Assembly (NCBI GenBank): GCA_037447605.1
Contig: CM074821.1
Coordinates: 1,550,001 to 1,614,000 of the forward strand
Reading direction: 5' to 3'
Length of the DNA stretch: 64,000 nt
From: Zygnema circumcarinatum SAG 698-1b
Taxonomy: Eukaryota; Plantae; Zygnematophyceae
Shown: in pieces, positions 1-24,178 of the stretch
How the letters are laid out: each line of letters starts with the position of its first letter
How positions within the stretch are numbered: the stretch's first letter is position 1
Made by a program: the position numbers and the translations under genes
Notes under the pieces: generated by a model
The model's database searches: none
What the model saw: only the letters and a program-made list of their open reading frames with translations
What the model was told of the DNA's origin: nothing

Positions 1-454
1 AAATGTAATGCTTAATCGTACAAGCGGATCACAATTGCTTATGCCTTCGGCAAAGCAAAAAATTAAGGGGGGGGAAGGGAAGGGGAGACGGGGGAGGGAG
101 GGGAGAGGAGGAGAGGGGGGGGAAGGAATGAGAGATAGAGAGAAAGAGAGATGGGGGTAAAGATAGAGAGACGGGGATACAGAGTGAGGGGATAACGAGA
201 GAGAGAGAGAGAGAGAGAAGACGGGGAGGTAGAGTGGGAGCATAATTCACATACAATTGGAGCAGGTTCTGGAATGTGTGCCCGTGCGAGTCGTCAGACT
301 GGAGCGTTTACATGAGACAGTACAAGCAAAAACAAAAAACTGCTACGGATCATGTACATTTTCAATAGGGGGATGGGGGGAACAGTGTCCCAGCTACAAA
401 CTAAAACTGTGCTCGCTTTTTCTCGCGAACTCTCTTACTCCCTCACACTCTCTC

Positions 455-507
<53 letters not shown>

Positions 508-577
508 TCAGTCCGTTCACACTCCTCTCACCCCCACTACCCCACGAACAGAATAGAAGGAGGAAGCAACTACTAAC

Positions 578-10615
<10,038 letters not shown>

Positions 10616-12159
10616 CCGAAGAAGGGAATAAAAAGAGATAAGCATACCAGATTATAGAACGATAAAAGAACATGAGTTCTACACCCCACTGCATCGCAAT
10701 ATTGCAATATGGATGTCACGTTGCACAACAGCGACAAGAACAGAATTCGAGACTGAAGTGCTTGGAACATGATCAACGAGAAAAAGGCGAGAAGGGTAAA
10801 TACTATGCAACTTAGAGCTTGTTCAACGCAAATGTTCTCCTATCATACACGTAGTGAACGTAAGAACAGAAAATAAATGCAAACACAAATGGTGAATATT
10901 ATCAACAACCCCAAACAAAATGTCCTGTACTGTAATGTTCAGCACTGCAACTAGTACCTCCATTAATTGGTTGTCAGAAAAGGAATTCACTTAAGCATGT
11001 CACATTCCCACTTAAGAGGAGCTCTGAATCTGTAAAACAACTATTCAAAGGTCTCGGTAAAGGTAATTGGCAAATGTTACTTTATCATAATCAGGATTTA
11101 CTACATCACTTTATCGAGCTTTTACTATATCAAAATTTCTACATCCAGCTGTTCAGAAAAGAGCGCTCCTGCGTTATTGCATAAACCATACGAAAGAAAA
11201 CGAACTAATTAATTAAATCGCAGCCGAGGTTTTGAAATTGAATCAATTGCTTCGACAAGAATGCGGAACCGGCAACAAAAACTTAAAGAATTACGTCACC
11301 TGCTCCAAGTATGCGCGTATCGGCGCTGCATATTCCGAACTTCGCCTCTGTTCCATCAGTGATCCGAAAAATAGGTTTGACCGATGAAAGCTCCGCGAGA
11401 ACGATCTGGGCGGTGTTCCATTAAAGCATTTTTTGTCACTTTGCTTTTCCGATCACTCGTGGCAAGTCTTGGGTCATCACTCGTACGCTATTGGCGGCTT
11501 CTGCCCATCCAATATTGGCAGTATAAAAGAGTCGGATTTCTGTAACATGGTCAACACATGTGAATGCTTCATTTCCTTTCTTCGCCTTTTTATCCTTAAG
11601 AATGTAGTTGTTGACCAAAAGAAAAACAGCAGATTTAAGAAAAACAAGCCATCCAGTCTTGCAACCTCCTAAGTGCTCCTCCTCTTTCATGCCTCACAGC
11701 TGTCAGTCAGTCAATTAGTCAGTCGGTTAGTCAGTCAGTCAACGTCATCTCTTCTTTTCCTGAGCCTCAAAGCCACACCCATCCCCGGCCATTTGCAGCA
11801 ACGGCTCCGCATTTTCCACACATTCGCTGAAAGTCTGTCAGCCTGCTTCCTTACCTGTCAATGGAACGGCAAAACCTAACCAGCCGAAGCGCACACCGAA
11901 GCCTACGCCTCCTGCGCAGTGACACGTGTCGCCTGCACGCCTCCCCTCCTGCCCTGCACCCCCACGCTGCAGCCGGCGCTCTCCTCCTCCATGGCCGCCT
12001 GCGAAGGGGAGCAAGCAGTCTACGTCGAGGCCATGGAGTATGGCTGGATGGCTGGTTGCCGCCAGCCATGCCCATGCCAGTCCATGCCCTTGCCATGTAA
12101 TGGCATGCCAGGCTATGCCCATGCCATGCCAGGCCATGCCCATGTATAGGTCCATATGT

Positions 12160-12345
12160 ATCGAACGCCGCACATCGGCGACCTTCGCGGGTGCTTCTAG
12201 TGCCGTGTTGTTGAGCCTAGAAGTAGATTTCCGTTTTGAGGCTTTCTCATTGTCCTTATGTCCATTGTGACCGCTTCTTTCTGGTTCCCTATGTCGATTT
12301 TATCCATGTACATTTGATGGCCTTGCCATCGTGAGTTCAATCAAA
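12160..12345. repeat. Dispersed repeat family A copy (paralogue at ~41228-41405)
   Basis: ~185 bp aligns by eye with 41228-41405 (cacatcggcgaccttcgcgg...ctagtgccgtgttgttgagccta...gccatcgtgagttcaat). Confidence 0.8.
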
Positions 12346-12589
12346 CATCTTTCTCTGAATAGATTGAGACATTGAACAATTGAGCTTTGCTTTAAAATGT
12401 CCAATTTGAAAAAATATTCATTTCGAGTGTTCAAAGTTCAAATAAAACCTTTCCATTTGAACATTGAACAAAAAAAAAGTTCATTGTTCAAACCTATTGG
12501 TACCGTACAGTAGTAACTGTACGGTAAGGCCAGTCAGAATAGAATCACGACAAGTACTGTACGATACCACAAGAAAAGGGAGAATGCTA

Positions 12590-13127
12590 CTGCACCCCCT
12601 ATTTTGGTTATCCCACCCCCCCCCTATTTAAAAATTTTGCCCGCCCATTTTGGTTATCCCACCCCCTGTTTTGGATATTTCACCCCCTTATTTTGGATAT
12701 TCCACCCCCAATGTTTTGGATATTTCGTGAGGGAATCTTTTGCCCTCCCCTCCCCTCCCCTGCCCTGCCCTCCCTTGCCCTCCCCTCCTCTTCTCGGTTT
12801 GCATTGTCCATAGAAATGCTACCAACTGAGTATGAGACCCGCGATGAGTTAAGATGATGTTGTACAAGTCATCACCGAGCACTACAAGCACGGAGTTCAC
12901 ATCAAGATCGGCAGGCATAGCGACAAAAAACAACAACATCTTGAGATCAATGCAAATCTCCTTTTTTTTTGTTGCACAATGTCGGAAGTCAGTAGTGAAA
13001 AGGAGAAAACAGGGCGATGGGATATCCAAAATAGGGGGTGAAATATCCAAAACAGGGGGTGGGATAACCAAAATGGGCAGGCAAATTTTCAAAAAGGGGG
13101 GTGTAATAACCAAAATAGGGGGTGCAG
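12590..13127. mobile_element. MITE-like element with ~110 bp terminal inverted repeats and TA target duplication
   Basis: Left end TA|CTGCACCCCCTATTTTGGTTAT...; right end ...ATAACCAAAATAGGGGGTGCAG|TA. The TIRs are built from ~20 bp sub-repeats (ccccctattttggata/ggtta). Confidence 0.8.
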
Positions 13128-13281
13128 TAACATTCACCGACAAAATGAGGTGTGAATTTAGCACCACCCTTATCAGAAATCCGTACACAAAATGACGGCA
13201 TGCCTCGTCATCATTCCGTACATGCTTGTACACTACCCGTTGCTACAGCCGTTTGTTCCCATCCGTTGGCACTGCGCCGCC

Positions 13282-15269
13282 ATGGCTGCCATGGCCCTGC
13301 CACGTGGCCTTCCCTCCCTCTCCTCCCACCTCCTCCCTCTCCCCCTCTCCCCTCCAAAACCCTCCCTGAACCCTCCATCTGCCTCAAACCCTAACTCTAA
13401 AGCCACTGCCACTGCCACTGCCACGTCCTCTGCCTTCTTGAGGGGCGCCAGCTCCTTCTCGTGCAATGCAGCTCCCCGAGATCCGCCATGGATTAGATGT
13501 CAGAGCAGGAGACACAGGGAGAGGGCGGGCGCAGCCATGGCTATGGCGGGCGTGTTTGAGCGGCTGGGCCGCGTGGTAAAGGAGAAGGTGGCGGCGGACG
13601 TGGCGCGCGTGTTCAAGGGCGTCGCCAAAACGAGGGAGAACCTCGCGGTGGTGGACGAGCTGCTGGCGTACTGGAACATGGGGGACAAGGAGGGCCTGCT
13701 GGAGGAGCTGGAGGAGGTGGGAGGAGGGGGAATGGGAAAGGGAGGGAGGGAGGGANNNNNNNNNNGGAGGGTGGGAAGAGGGGAGTGGTGGTGGGAGAGG
13801 GAGGGAGGGAGGGATGGAGGGAGGGAAGTGGGGGGAAGGGGTGAGGGATAGAGTTGAAGGTTATGGTCAAAATTAGGATTAGAGATAGGATTCGTTCAAG
13901 GCTAGGTTAGGAGGACCAAGATTTAGGAATAGGTTTAGGAGGATTAGGGTAAGCGTTACTGTACAATTTATGATTTGGGTGAGAGATGCGGCCGGAGGAT
14001 GAGTCTTAATGCTAGGTCTAAAACTTGTGTTAGGTTAATACTATGGTGATAATTAGGGTTTTGGAAGCCTTTGCCTCCTTCCTTACTGTATGTTCTTTCA
14101 GGGATTATAGGGTTCTTTGGCTAAGGGGGTTTTTAATCCTTTGCATTTTCTGCACTGATGTGTTACAGGCGCTGTTAGTCTCCGATTTTGGGCCTCGGAC
14201 GACCATGAAAATTTTGGATGCGATTCGGGAGGAGGTGAAGGCTGGAAGGCTAAAAAACGGCTCCGAGATTAAGGTGCTGCCATTCGACATTATGGAAAAT
14301 ATTGTATTATTTGTTTTAGAATATTACTTATAGGGTTCTGAATGTAGAGCTAACGCTCACACATATCTCGGACAATTCCTTCTGTTATTGTGTTTTTTCT
14401 TTTTTTTTTAACCCATCCCTCCATTCCCTGCCCCCCTTTCTCATATAACTTTTGTTTTTCTTTCTCCCCCCCTCCTTTTCCCTTTCTTTTGCCCGGGGGC
14501 AGGCTGCTTTAAAACAGGAAATTTTGAAGCTGCTGACCGAAAAAGTTCCCTCGACGGAGCTGCAGCTGCCGGCGAGGTAAGAGATGGGGCTGGACAAGGA
14601 GAGAAAAAAAAAATAAAAAAAATAGGAATTGTTATTAAGGAGGGGGTGGGAGGTAGTTATGTGTTTTAGGTTTCTGGGTTTTTGACGCTCAAATAGTTTA
14701 AATCCACATACAAAAAATCAAGAATGGAAAGTTTATCTTATTGTTCGGTATCTTTATTTTTTGGCGAAGGGAGGTGGATTTGAATACAGCCGGCCAGTTG
14801 TCATCATGATTGTGGGAGTGAATGGCGGCGGAAAAACGACGACTCTGGGTACGACTCGTATTAAATCTGTATTAATTCATAAATACATATATATATGTAT
14901 ATGGCATGTATGTGTCTATGTGTATGCATGTTTGTAACTATATGTACATGTGTACATACATAAATATGAATACTTATGCGTATATGTGCGTGTATGTGTT
15001 TGTGAAAGAAAGTTCTTTCCTTTTCTGAAACCGATATAGAAAAGTTACTCTTCCACCAAATGCAGCAAAGCAAACTGAAATATTGCTTCATCGTCATCGT
15101 CGCCGTTCTCATTTTTTTGTTTTTCTTTTGCGTAACTTCGTGCATTGAATCTTGCCCAATTCTCGCCTTCTCCGCAGGAAAACTCGCACATCGATTTCGA
15201 AGCGACGGCACGTCAGTGAGTGACAATGTTCCAGCACCACCCTCCAACTACTTCAAATGCTTTTAACAC

Positions 15270-15300
<31 letters not shown>

Positions 15301-15723
15301 GAGAGAGCGCATGCTTTCAACATAAATCGTGAATAACATAACATAACATGGTTTCTGTTCCCCTCACAACCCCATAACTGCCCTCCCCCCCTCCCGCTCT
15401 TTCTCTCTCTCTCTTTCTCTCCCTTCCCTTCTGCTGCTTTTTTCCTCAACCCATCTCTCTCTCTCCTTCAGGTGGTGATGGCTGCGGGAGACACCTTCCG
15501 AGCGGCGGCGGCGGAGCAATTGGAGGTATGGGCACAACGCACGGGCTCGGATATAGTCACTGCCGAGGGGGAGAAGACCAGGCCCTCTGCAGGTACACCC
15601 CTCTCTCTCTCTCTCTCTCTCTCTCCCACTCTTCTTTCTCGGACTCTCTCTACTTCACAATTCTCTCTTGTCAGTTCCCTCTTGTCAAGATAGATGGCTC
15701 ATCTACAAGCAGGTTTGTCTACT

Positions 15724-15816
<93 letters not shown>

Positions 15817-16590
15817 CCTCCCTTCCCTTATTCAGGACATAGACACATGCTACACTTGTTGATCACTTTCTCACTCAAACACACTCTTCATCTTTCTCCA
15901 TCTCGTTTTCGTCTATTGAATTCCAACTTAATATTCTTCCCTCCCTCCCCCCTCCCTCTCTCTCTGTCTCTCACACTCTCTCCCCCCCTCTCTCTCTCTC
16001 TCTTCCACCTGTGTGCGAAACAGTTCTGGCCCAGGGAGTACGGAGAGCGATAGAAACTGGAGCAGACGTTGTTTTGGGCGACACTTCAGGCCGTTAAGCA
16101 GCCAAGCTTAGCCCTAAATCTCATTTCACTCCCTCTTTTTTCGCTCCCATCGCAGTTGATGCCTATCTCTCCTCCCTCCCCTTTCTTTTAATTTTTATAT
16201 ATTTATCATACTGATAATCGCTTCTGTTTTTATATTTTTCCTTTCGATATTTTTTCCTTTCAATATTTTTCCTTTCAGGATTACATACGAACGAGCGCCT
16301 TATGGGAGAGCTGCAAGCATGCAAGCGAGCGATCGCAAAAGCCCTTCCGGGGGCACCCCATGTCAGTAATTCTTCTTTTTCTCGATGACTAGGGTTTGAC
16401 TAGAGAAGGTGACCTTTTGATTTCTTTTTCTAACCTTTATATTATTTATGTATGTGTGTTTTTTGAGCATTCCTGAGTGTTAGCACAAGTGTTTGAATAA
16501 CGACATGTTCAGTCCCTCTGTTGAGATTTCTGGAATTTGAGGAAATTGGGATTCGCAAGGAATGGAGGGCATTCATGGACAGACTCGCCC

Positions 16591-16621
<31 letters not shown>

Positions 16622-17869
16622 CTTCCCCTCCAAACCCGCTTGGACTTTTTTTTTTTACCTTGTAAGCTTTGTTTTATTTTATCACCTTTCATTGAGATGT
16701 GGGGGGGGGTTGGGCGCACACTGTAATGGTGTGTGATTCTTACAGGAAATATTATTGGTGCTGGACGGCACGACGGGTCTAAATATGCTTCCACAAGCGC
16801 GGGAGTTTAATCAGGTAAGAACCTTATCCTAAATTTCTATTCAAATTTTTAACGATCATAGTCGACGTTGGCTTTCTTTCTTTCCTCATCGAATTTTTTT
16901 ACCCTTTTTGTGATGTACTTTTTCTAGTTTTTTTTATAAAAAATGAGTCTAAAAAGAATGGAATTTCGAGAAGGAAGCTTGGTTTGAAACGCGGCGGGAC
17001 GGGCCAATGGGAGGGCGCCAGGTGGTCGGCGTGACGGGATTTGTGCTCACAAAGTTGGACGGAACCGCTCGAGGAGGGTGTGTGGTGAGGCCACCTCTCT
17101 GTCTCTCTTACTCGCTCTCTCTCTCTTCTCTCTCTCTCTGTCTCTCTCTCTCTCTTCCTCTCTCTTTCTCGCTCTCTCTTCTCTCTCTCTTCTCTCTCTG
17201 TCTCTCTCTCTCTCTCCCCCTCTCTCTCTCTCTTTTTCGCTCTCTCTTCTCTCTCTCTGCCTCTCTCTTTCCCTCTCTCTCTTTCTCGCTCTCTATCTCT
17301 TCTCTCTCTCCCTGTCTCCCTCTCTTTATCTTTCTCTCGTTCTCGCTCTCTCTCTCTTTGTCTCTCTCTCCCTCTCTCTCTTTCTCTCTCTCTCTTTCTC
17401 TCTCTCTCTCTTCTGTCTCTCTCTGTCCCTCTCTCTCTCGCCCTCTCTCTCTTTCTTGCTCTCTCTCTTTTCTCTCTCTGTCCCTCTCTCTCTCACTCCC
17501 TCTCTCTCTCTTTCTCGCTCTCTCTCTTCTCTCTCTCTGCCCCTTTCTCTCTCTCTCTCTCTCCCTCCCTCTCGCTGTCCCTGCCTCTCCTCCTATCGCC
17601 CTTTCTCTCTCCTCAGGGGTTTGCTTTGTGCCCAAACTTCTAACGTCCTTGGAAGACCCTTAAGCTGAACCTATTTTTTTCATATTTTGGGAGTCCTAAA
17701 ACGTCCTACTTCTTTAGGGGTCTTAAAACCCCAAACCCTTGGGGAGGGACAGGCGAGTGTTGTGGATGAGCTCGGGATTCCGGTGAAGTTTGTGGGCGTG
17801 GGAGAGGGCCTGGAGGACTTGCAGCCCTTTGACGCGCAAACGTTTGTGGATGCGCTGTTTCCAAATTAG
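13282..17869 (+). CDS. FTSY: Chloroplast SRP receptor cpFtsY, 11 exons, with N-terminal transit peptide
   Basis: Exons 13282-13716, 14169-14273, 14503-14576, 14790-14848, 15178-15215, 15472-15592, 16024-16092, 16279-16361, 16746-16814, 17022-17084 and 17753-17869 join in frame. SRP-GTPase motifs GVNGGGKTT, DTFRAAA, DTSGR, TKLDGTARGG and GIPVKFVGVGEGLEDLQPFDA are present. Confidence 0.96.
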
Positions 17870-18408
17870 GGCTCTTTTGAAGTTGTGGACAGAGGGAGAG
17901 AGATGGAGATGGAGAGGGCGAAGGGAGGGGAGGGGGAGGGGGGGGTAAAGAGAGGGAGGGGGGGAGAGAGACGGAGGGAGAGGGAGAGAAAAAGGGAGGG
18001 AGAGAGGGGAGAGAGGGAGAGAGAGAGAGGAGGCAGGGGGTGGATGTGTGGAAAAGATGGTTTATGAGTTACATGTAGCATCCATGGAAGAATGCATGCA
18101 GTCTCCACATGTGCGTCCTATCACTTTCTATGTGATTCAAAGGAAAAGAGGATAAAAAAAGAGGGTTCGGCTGGAGTTGTAGTTGTTATTGCTGTTTTCC
18201 AAAAGCTCAAAACGGATTTTGGGTTGGTTTTTGCTTTCTGCCGTTTACTGTCAAAATGCATGGGTTTCATACTCACACTTCTGAACATACATTCCTTTGC
18301 CATAAAAAGAAGAAAGTAGGCATCAGCGTGAGAGCAATGCCAATTCGTCTCCTTGTGAAAAAGTTAAGATAGCAATCTACATAACGGCTACAAAGGAAAA
18401 GGGAAAGG

Positions 18409-18704
18409 AAATTGGCATTGGTCTCACGATGGCGATGCCATGAAAGGTACATGGACAAACATGGGAAACCACGAGGAACCAACTGCTCCCAAAGGACCTA
18501 AAGTGCCTCCATTGGGATAGGACCTATATTTAAGCATGTCGGCGACCTTTGCTGCTTCTTCTTCTTCTCGAGCCATGTTGTGTTGTGGGTCTAGAGGCAA
18601 AGTTCTAAGGTCATAAGATCATTTGTGAAAGGTTCAACTTGGTTCCACATTTGGACTATGTCCATGGACATGCGATGGCCTCGCCAACATGAGACCAATG
18701 CCAA
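18409..18704. mobile_element. Family A element with imperfect ~30 bp inverted ends
   Basis: ttggcattggtctcacgatggcgatgccat at ~18411 versus the reverse complement of ~18674-18703, ttggcattggtctcatgttggcgaggccat. Confidence 0.55.
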
Positions 18705-19144
18705 ACCCTTCGTCTTTCTAGGGGAGCATCTACCAATCAGAATTCCCAAATTGTAAAAACGTGTGCACGTGGCGAGTCGCCATTGGCCGATGCGCGACTA
18801 TAGTTCGCAACCTATAGGCCCAGTCACGGGCAGGGCCCCAACACTAGTGACACCACCTTACCATTGATGCGCACACACGTGTACATACAAATAGATAAAG
18901 ACACATGGCAAAAGCTCTAACCAATCAAACGTCGCCCGCCATCTCCGGGCGGTCCCGCCGACAAACTGTGCGAATAACGGTCAGATTGTACACGTGACGG
19001 ATTCAGATTTGCAGAAACGGTTACAACGTGCGCCTAAAACCTGCCACGTGCCTGTATCGCCCTTTTTTGCTTCCGGCTATCTTTACTCCCTCCGTCCTCC
19101 CACTCCCTCCCCCTCCCTCTCCCTCTCCCTCTCCCTCTCCCGCC

Positions 19145-21679
19145 ATGGCCGCGGGAGCGCAGAGGGAGGCCGTTCAGGCGCCGCAGTTGCTGGCCCTGCT
19201 GGCATGGATTCTGGCGCTCCACGTGGCGGCCGCTTACCTCTTCACACGCGGCTTCCTCCTCACACGTGTAGAGCTGCCAGCTGTCAGCGACTGCTTGGAC
19301 GGCGAGGCTGCAAGGGCGCATTGGACTGCTGCCACGTGGCGCCCTGTGGAGGGAAGCGCTGGCGCGTCTGGGGGTTCGCGGGAGAGTGCGACGCGGGAGG
19401 CGGAGGAGGGCTGCTGGGCGCCGCGGGCGTTCAAGAAGGCGGTGCTGGTGGTGGTGGATGCAACAAGGTGGGTGGGAGGGAGGGAGGAAGTGAGGAGGGA
19501 GAGAGGAGGTGCAGGGGGGAGGGAGGGAGGGAGAGAGGAGGTGCAGGGGGGAGGGAGGGAGGGAGAGAGGAGGTGCAGGGGGGAGGGAGGGAGGGAGAGA
19601 GGAGGTGCAGGGGGAGGGAGGGAGGAAGGTAAGGGGAAGGAAGGAGGAAGGGAGGGCGGGAGCAAGCGAGGGATGGAGGGAGGAGGGGAGGGAGGGAGGG
19701 AGGAGAGAGGAGAGGAGGGAGAGAGGGAAGGGGGGAGGCAGGCAGGCTGGCTAGATTGTTTGGAGAGTTAAAGAAAGGGGGATTAAATATATAGATTTTT
19801 CTCTTTCAGTTTCACATGACTGCTAGTGGGAATTTGTGGAGCATGTGTCCTTGTTGTCTTTTTCATTTTATCATTGATTTCTCAGTGTCCAGTGACAATT
19901 CCATAGCAGGAATAGCCCCATTCAGAAATCTCCAGAATTGTTTTTTTTCTGGCAAACCTCTTCAGGTTTTTGGGTCTCAACTAAGTTGAGTTTCTTGACC
20001 CTTCCTTCCTTTATATTCTGTTTTTTTCTTCGCTCCTTTCTTTCTTATTTTCTGAATTCCAGGTTCGACTTTGTTTCGAATTTCACTGCGTATCCCAGCG
20101 GTGAGCAGTGCGTGTCCCATACCTCGTGTTTTCCTCACTATTTTTAAAACACCATCATTTTTGTTTGAAATGTGAACTTATTACACCTGATGCAGGTCTT
20201 GAGGGATGCTCACCCTACTGTCCTCCTCCTCCCTCTTTACTACTTCAATGTTCTCTCCTCCTTTGTACCTTCCTGTCATTCCTCGTCTCCGACTCCCTCC
20301 TCTCCCGCCATTCTCCCTTCCTCCCCCTCCCCTCCCCCTCCCCCTCGCTCCCCCTTCCCCTGCCTCTCCTCATGCTACTCTCTCTCTCTCTCTCGCTGTT
20401 TCTCTTCCCGTTCCCACCTTCTCCCGTCCTCTTCCTCTCCCTATCCCTTCCCCTCCCTCTCTTCCCCCCTCCGTCATAACCTTCCTCCTCTTCCCTCTCC
20501 CTCCCCTTCCCCCTCTCCTGCTCCTCTCTCTGTCCCCCCCTTAATCCTCATTTGAATTTCTTTCCCTCCCTCTCTTGCCCTTAACTCCAACATCAGAACA
20601 TTTCTTTCTAAGCATTTCAATCCAATCCAGCTGAAACTCACCTTGAAAATTGGAATTGACCGGTCATTTCGCTGCTCTGCCTAATTGGGCATATTTTAAT
20701 TTCAATTTTCAGTAGTTATTACCAAATTGTGACTTGAATACTACTTACTATGCAGGATCCGGTCCGTGGATCAAAAGTCTTCCGTCGTTGGAAAAAATCT
20801 ATCTCGAAAATAACCTCAATTCTGCCCTCTTTAAATTTGTGGCTGACCCGCCGACAACATCATTGCAGCGTCTCAAGGTGGGGAAGGAACCCTAAAAATC
20901 TCAATATTCCAAAAGAAAAATCTCAAACTAGAAACTCGAAATATCTCTAACCTTAGCAGGCTGATTGTCAAGAAACCTTATTAATTGTGAATAACTATTG
21001 GTCGATCGGTAATTGCTTATTTTTTTTGTTCAAGTTTCCTGGCAGGGGCTCACTACAGGAGGTCTCCCCACCTTTGTAGATGTTGGAAACAGTTTTGGAG
21101 CAGGAACAATTGTGGAGGACAACATCATCCAGCAGGTGATGTTCCCGATGTCAACATCATCATCATCATCGTCATCCGTACACTTTACGAGGGGATGGGC
21201 TAGATTTGGAAATCTTTCTGACATAGTTAATTTCCCTTTTCGGCCCCCCCTTTTTTTCGTTTTTGCAGTTGGTAAGACAAGGGAGACGGGTGGAGATGCT
21301 TGGAGATGACACGTGGCTCGACCTTTTTCCAACTCAATTTATAAGATCCCGCCCATTTCCTTCGCTCAATGTCAAAGACATCGATACGGTACGAGCTTTC
21401 TCTTACTTTCATTTCTCGACATTTTTATAAAACGTATCTCATCTCTCCCTGTTTTTCTACTTTCACTTTGGGCAAAACCAGGTGTTCAAATTCAATGGTT
21501 TCGAGGAGAGTGATGGGATACAGGTGGATAATGGAGTGCTGGAGGAGATATATTCAGCCATGGGACGTGACGACTGGGATGTGCTCATAGCCCATTTCCT
21601 TGGCGTAGTGCGTTCCGTTCCGTTCCGTTCCGTTCCTTGCAGCTCGTCGTCCATTTTTTCATCTTGTAATCCCACAATA

Positions 21680-21720
<41 letters not shown>

Positions 21721-24146
21721 AATGTTATGGTGTCGTGCATGTGTTTGGAATGTTGGTGGTGACATGCACATGTGACGCAGTTGCGTTCCGTTTTACGGTA
21801 ACTGAAACGGCGTGAGGGCAGGCGGCACGCAGGACCACGCGGGGCACACGTGCGGAGTGGACTCGCCGACGATGCTCAAAAAATTGGAGCAGATGAACGC
21901 TATGGTGGAGGTCGGAATCATACCCTAAATACCCTAAATACTCTAAATACATTAAATGCCTTAAATACCTTAAATACGTTGAATACCTTAAATACCTTAA
22001 ACACCGTAAATACATTAAATACCCTAAATACCCTAAATACCTTAAATACCCTAAATACCCTAAATACCCTAAATGCCTTTCCAGGGAGGTTCAGTGTTTC
22101 AGGGTTTCAGTCTCCCTCATTTCTCATGCATTCTGGGGTCAAGGTTTTCGGGTTCGGAGTGACGATTTTCTTTTCAGGAAATCCAAAAGACGTTTCCATC
22201 GTACTCACGGCAGTCAGTATGTCTCAGTCTTTTTCGCACATTCCTTATGGAATAATAGTCTTTCAGGTTCCTTTTTTTGGGGTTTTAGGGCCATGTTCGA
22301 ACCATGTTCGAAGCATGCATGCTTGGCATGTTTTTGTTGCAGGCGGTGGTTCGCGGCGCGCGGGAGGAGGTCCTCCTCGTGGTTTTGGGCGACCACGGGC
22401 AGACCCTCGCGGGGGACCACGGGGGGGGCACTCCGGAGGAGGTCAGGAAGGATGCCAACCCTAAAAAACACTCTTCAAACCCTAAAAATCTAAAAATCTA
22501 ACAATCTTCAAATCTTAAAAATCTAAAAATCTTCAAATCCTAAAAATCTAAAAATCTAAAAATCTCCAAATCCTAAAAATCTAACAATCTTCAAACCCTA
22601 GAAAATATATTTAAATACATCTCTGCCCCCGCCGCTGCCAGGGTAGGAGTGTGAGAGTAGTATTAAACAGTGTAAGTGTAAGTGTAAAGGTCAGAGAGGG
22701 AGTTCGAAACATCACCTCAAATCCTAATATTCTCAAACTCTTAAAGATCTTTAAACCCTAGAACATTCTTGGGGGAGTTTTTGCAGACGGACACATTTCT
22801 TTTCGCTTTGAGCGTGCGAAGTCCACCTGGCAGTCTCCCATTGGCTCTGCGGTCCCCGCCATGCAGCAGCAAGCAGGTGCGGGCAGTCGAAAGGGGGCCA
22901 CAAATGCAGAAAATACTTACTACTACATGTAAATTGCAAAGCATTAGATAAGATAAAATTTGAACAACACGTGTGAGAGAGGGAGAGGGGAATTGGGAGA
23001 GAGAGAGAAGGGGGGGGGGCAGTGTAAGGAAGTGTGTGGAGGGGAGCGGTCAAGGTGGGAGGGAGGGCGAGAGAGAGTGGGTGGGAGAGAACAGGGACAA
23101 CTGAGTGAGGAGGAAGATAGATTTAACATAAGAGAGCGAGAGAGAGAGAGAGAGAGTGTGGGGAGAACGGGAGAAAAGGTACAGAGGGAACAAGAGAGAG
23201 CGAAAAGGGAGACTGGAAATATGATGGGCTTTTTACTGAACTGGTGTTCGTTCTATTTGCGAAATTTCGTTCAGCGATCGCTCTGCATTCCCACTCTTCC
23301 TCAAGTGAGCTCTCCCTCCCTCCCCTCTCTTAAGCTCTCTCTCCCTCTTTTCTTTTTTCCATTTCCATTTCTTTCGTTTGCAGTGTAATTGTATCTCTGA
23401 GCAAGCTACCAATGTCCACAAGTCTGTGCTTCCCTCTCTCCCCCTCTCCGCCCCTCTTTCCCCCTCACGCTCTCCCTTACTCCTTCCGCCCCCCCCCCAC
23501 ACTTTCTCTTTCAATCTCCTTTTTTCTCTCTCTCTCTCTCTCTCTCTCCCCCCCAGCCTTCCACTGTTTCGTTCTCTCTCTCCCTTCTTCCCTTCCACTC
23601 TCTCTCGCCCTCCCTGCCTTCACTCTCACTTTCACTACATCTCTCTATCTCTCTCTTTCCCTGCCCCCTCTCACTCTCCTCCTCTCTCTTCCTCTCTCTT
23701 GTCGGGCTGCTGTTTTAAACCCGATACTTGACAAGACCATCAGTTCAATAGATTTGTCACATAGAAACTGATGTAGGAACTCCTCTATATATCACTTTTG
23801 TATATATATGTATTTTTTCCTTTTGTATGCAGGTGGACTTTGCTCCAACTCTTGCGATGCTTTTGGGCGTACCCATTCCCTTCGGCAGGTAACACTAGAT
23901 TATGATTTGGCTATATTTCAACATGTCAACTTCAATAATAAAGTAAATTTCATGTTATTGATAATTTTGCTGTTTCGTTTTCCTGGTTAAATTCGAATAA
24001 TATTTCATGAAGTTTATCAAGTTATGGAGTTAACTTGATCAACCGCGTTTGCTGGTTTATCGACATAGTTGTCTAGTCTTAAATTTGGATACTTAAGGTT
24101 CAAATTAGACCTGAATCTTGTTCGTTTGTTCTTTCTCACCCCCCCA

Positions 24147-24178
<32 letters not shown>

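Noticed and set aside
11433-12173. Candidate first exons of the SUMO protease
   Set aside because: A good donor is present at ~11854, but I could not decide the frame or link it confidently to the 10.6-kb exon.
12502-12527. Short palindrome taccgtacagt-agta-actgtacggta and isolated TACTGTA/TACAGTA sites read as transposon footprints
   Set aside because: About eight such 7-mers are expected by chance in 64 kb; only the stacked run at 46.7/50.5 kb was kept.
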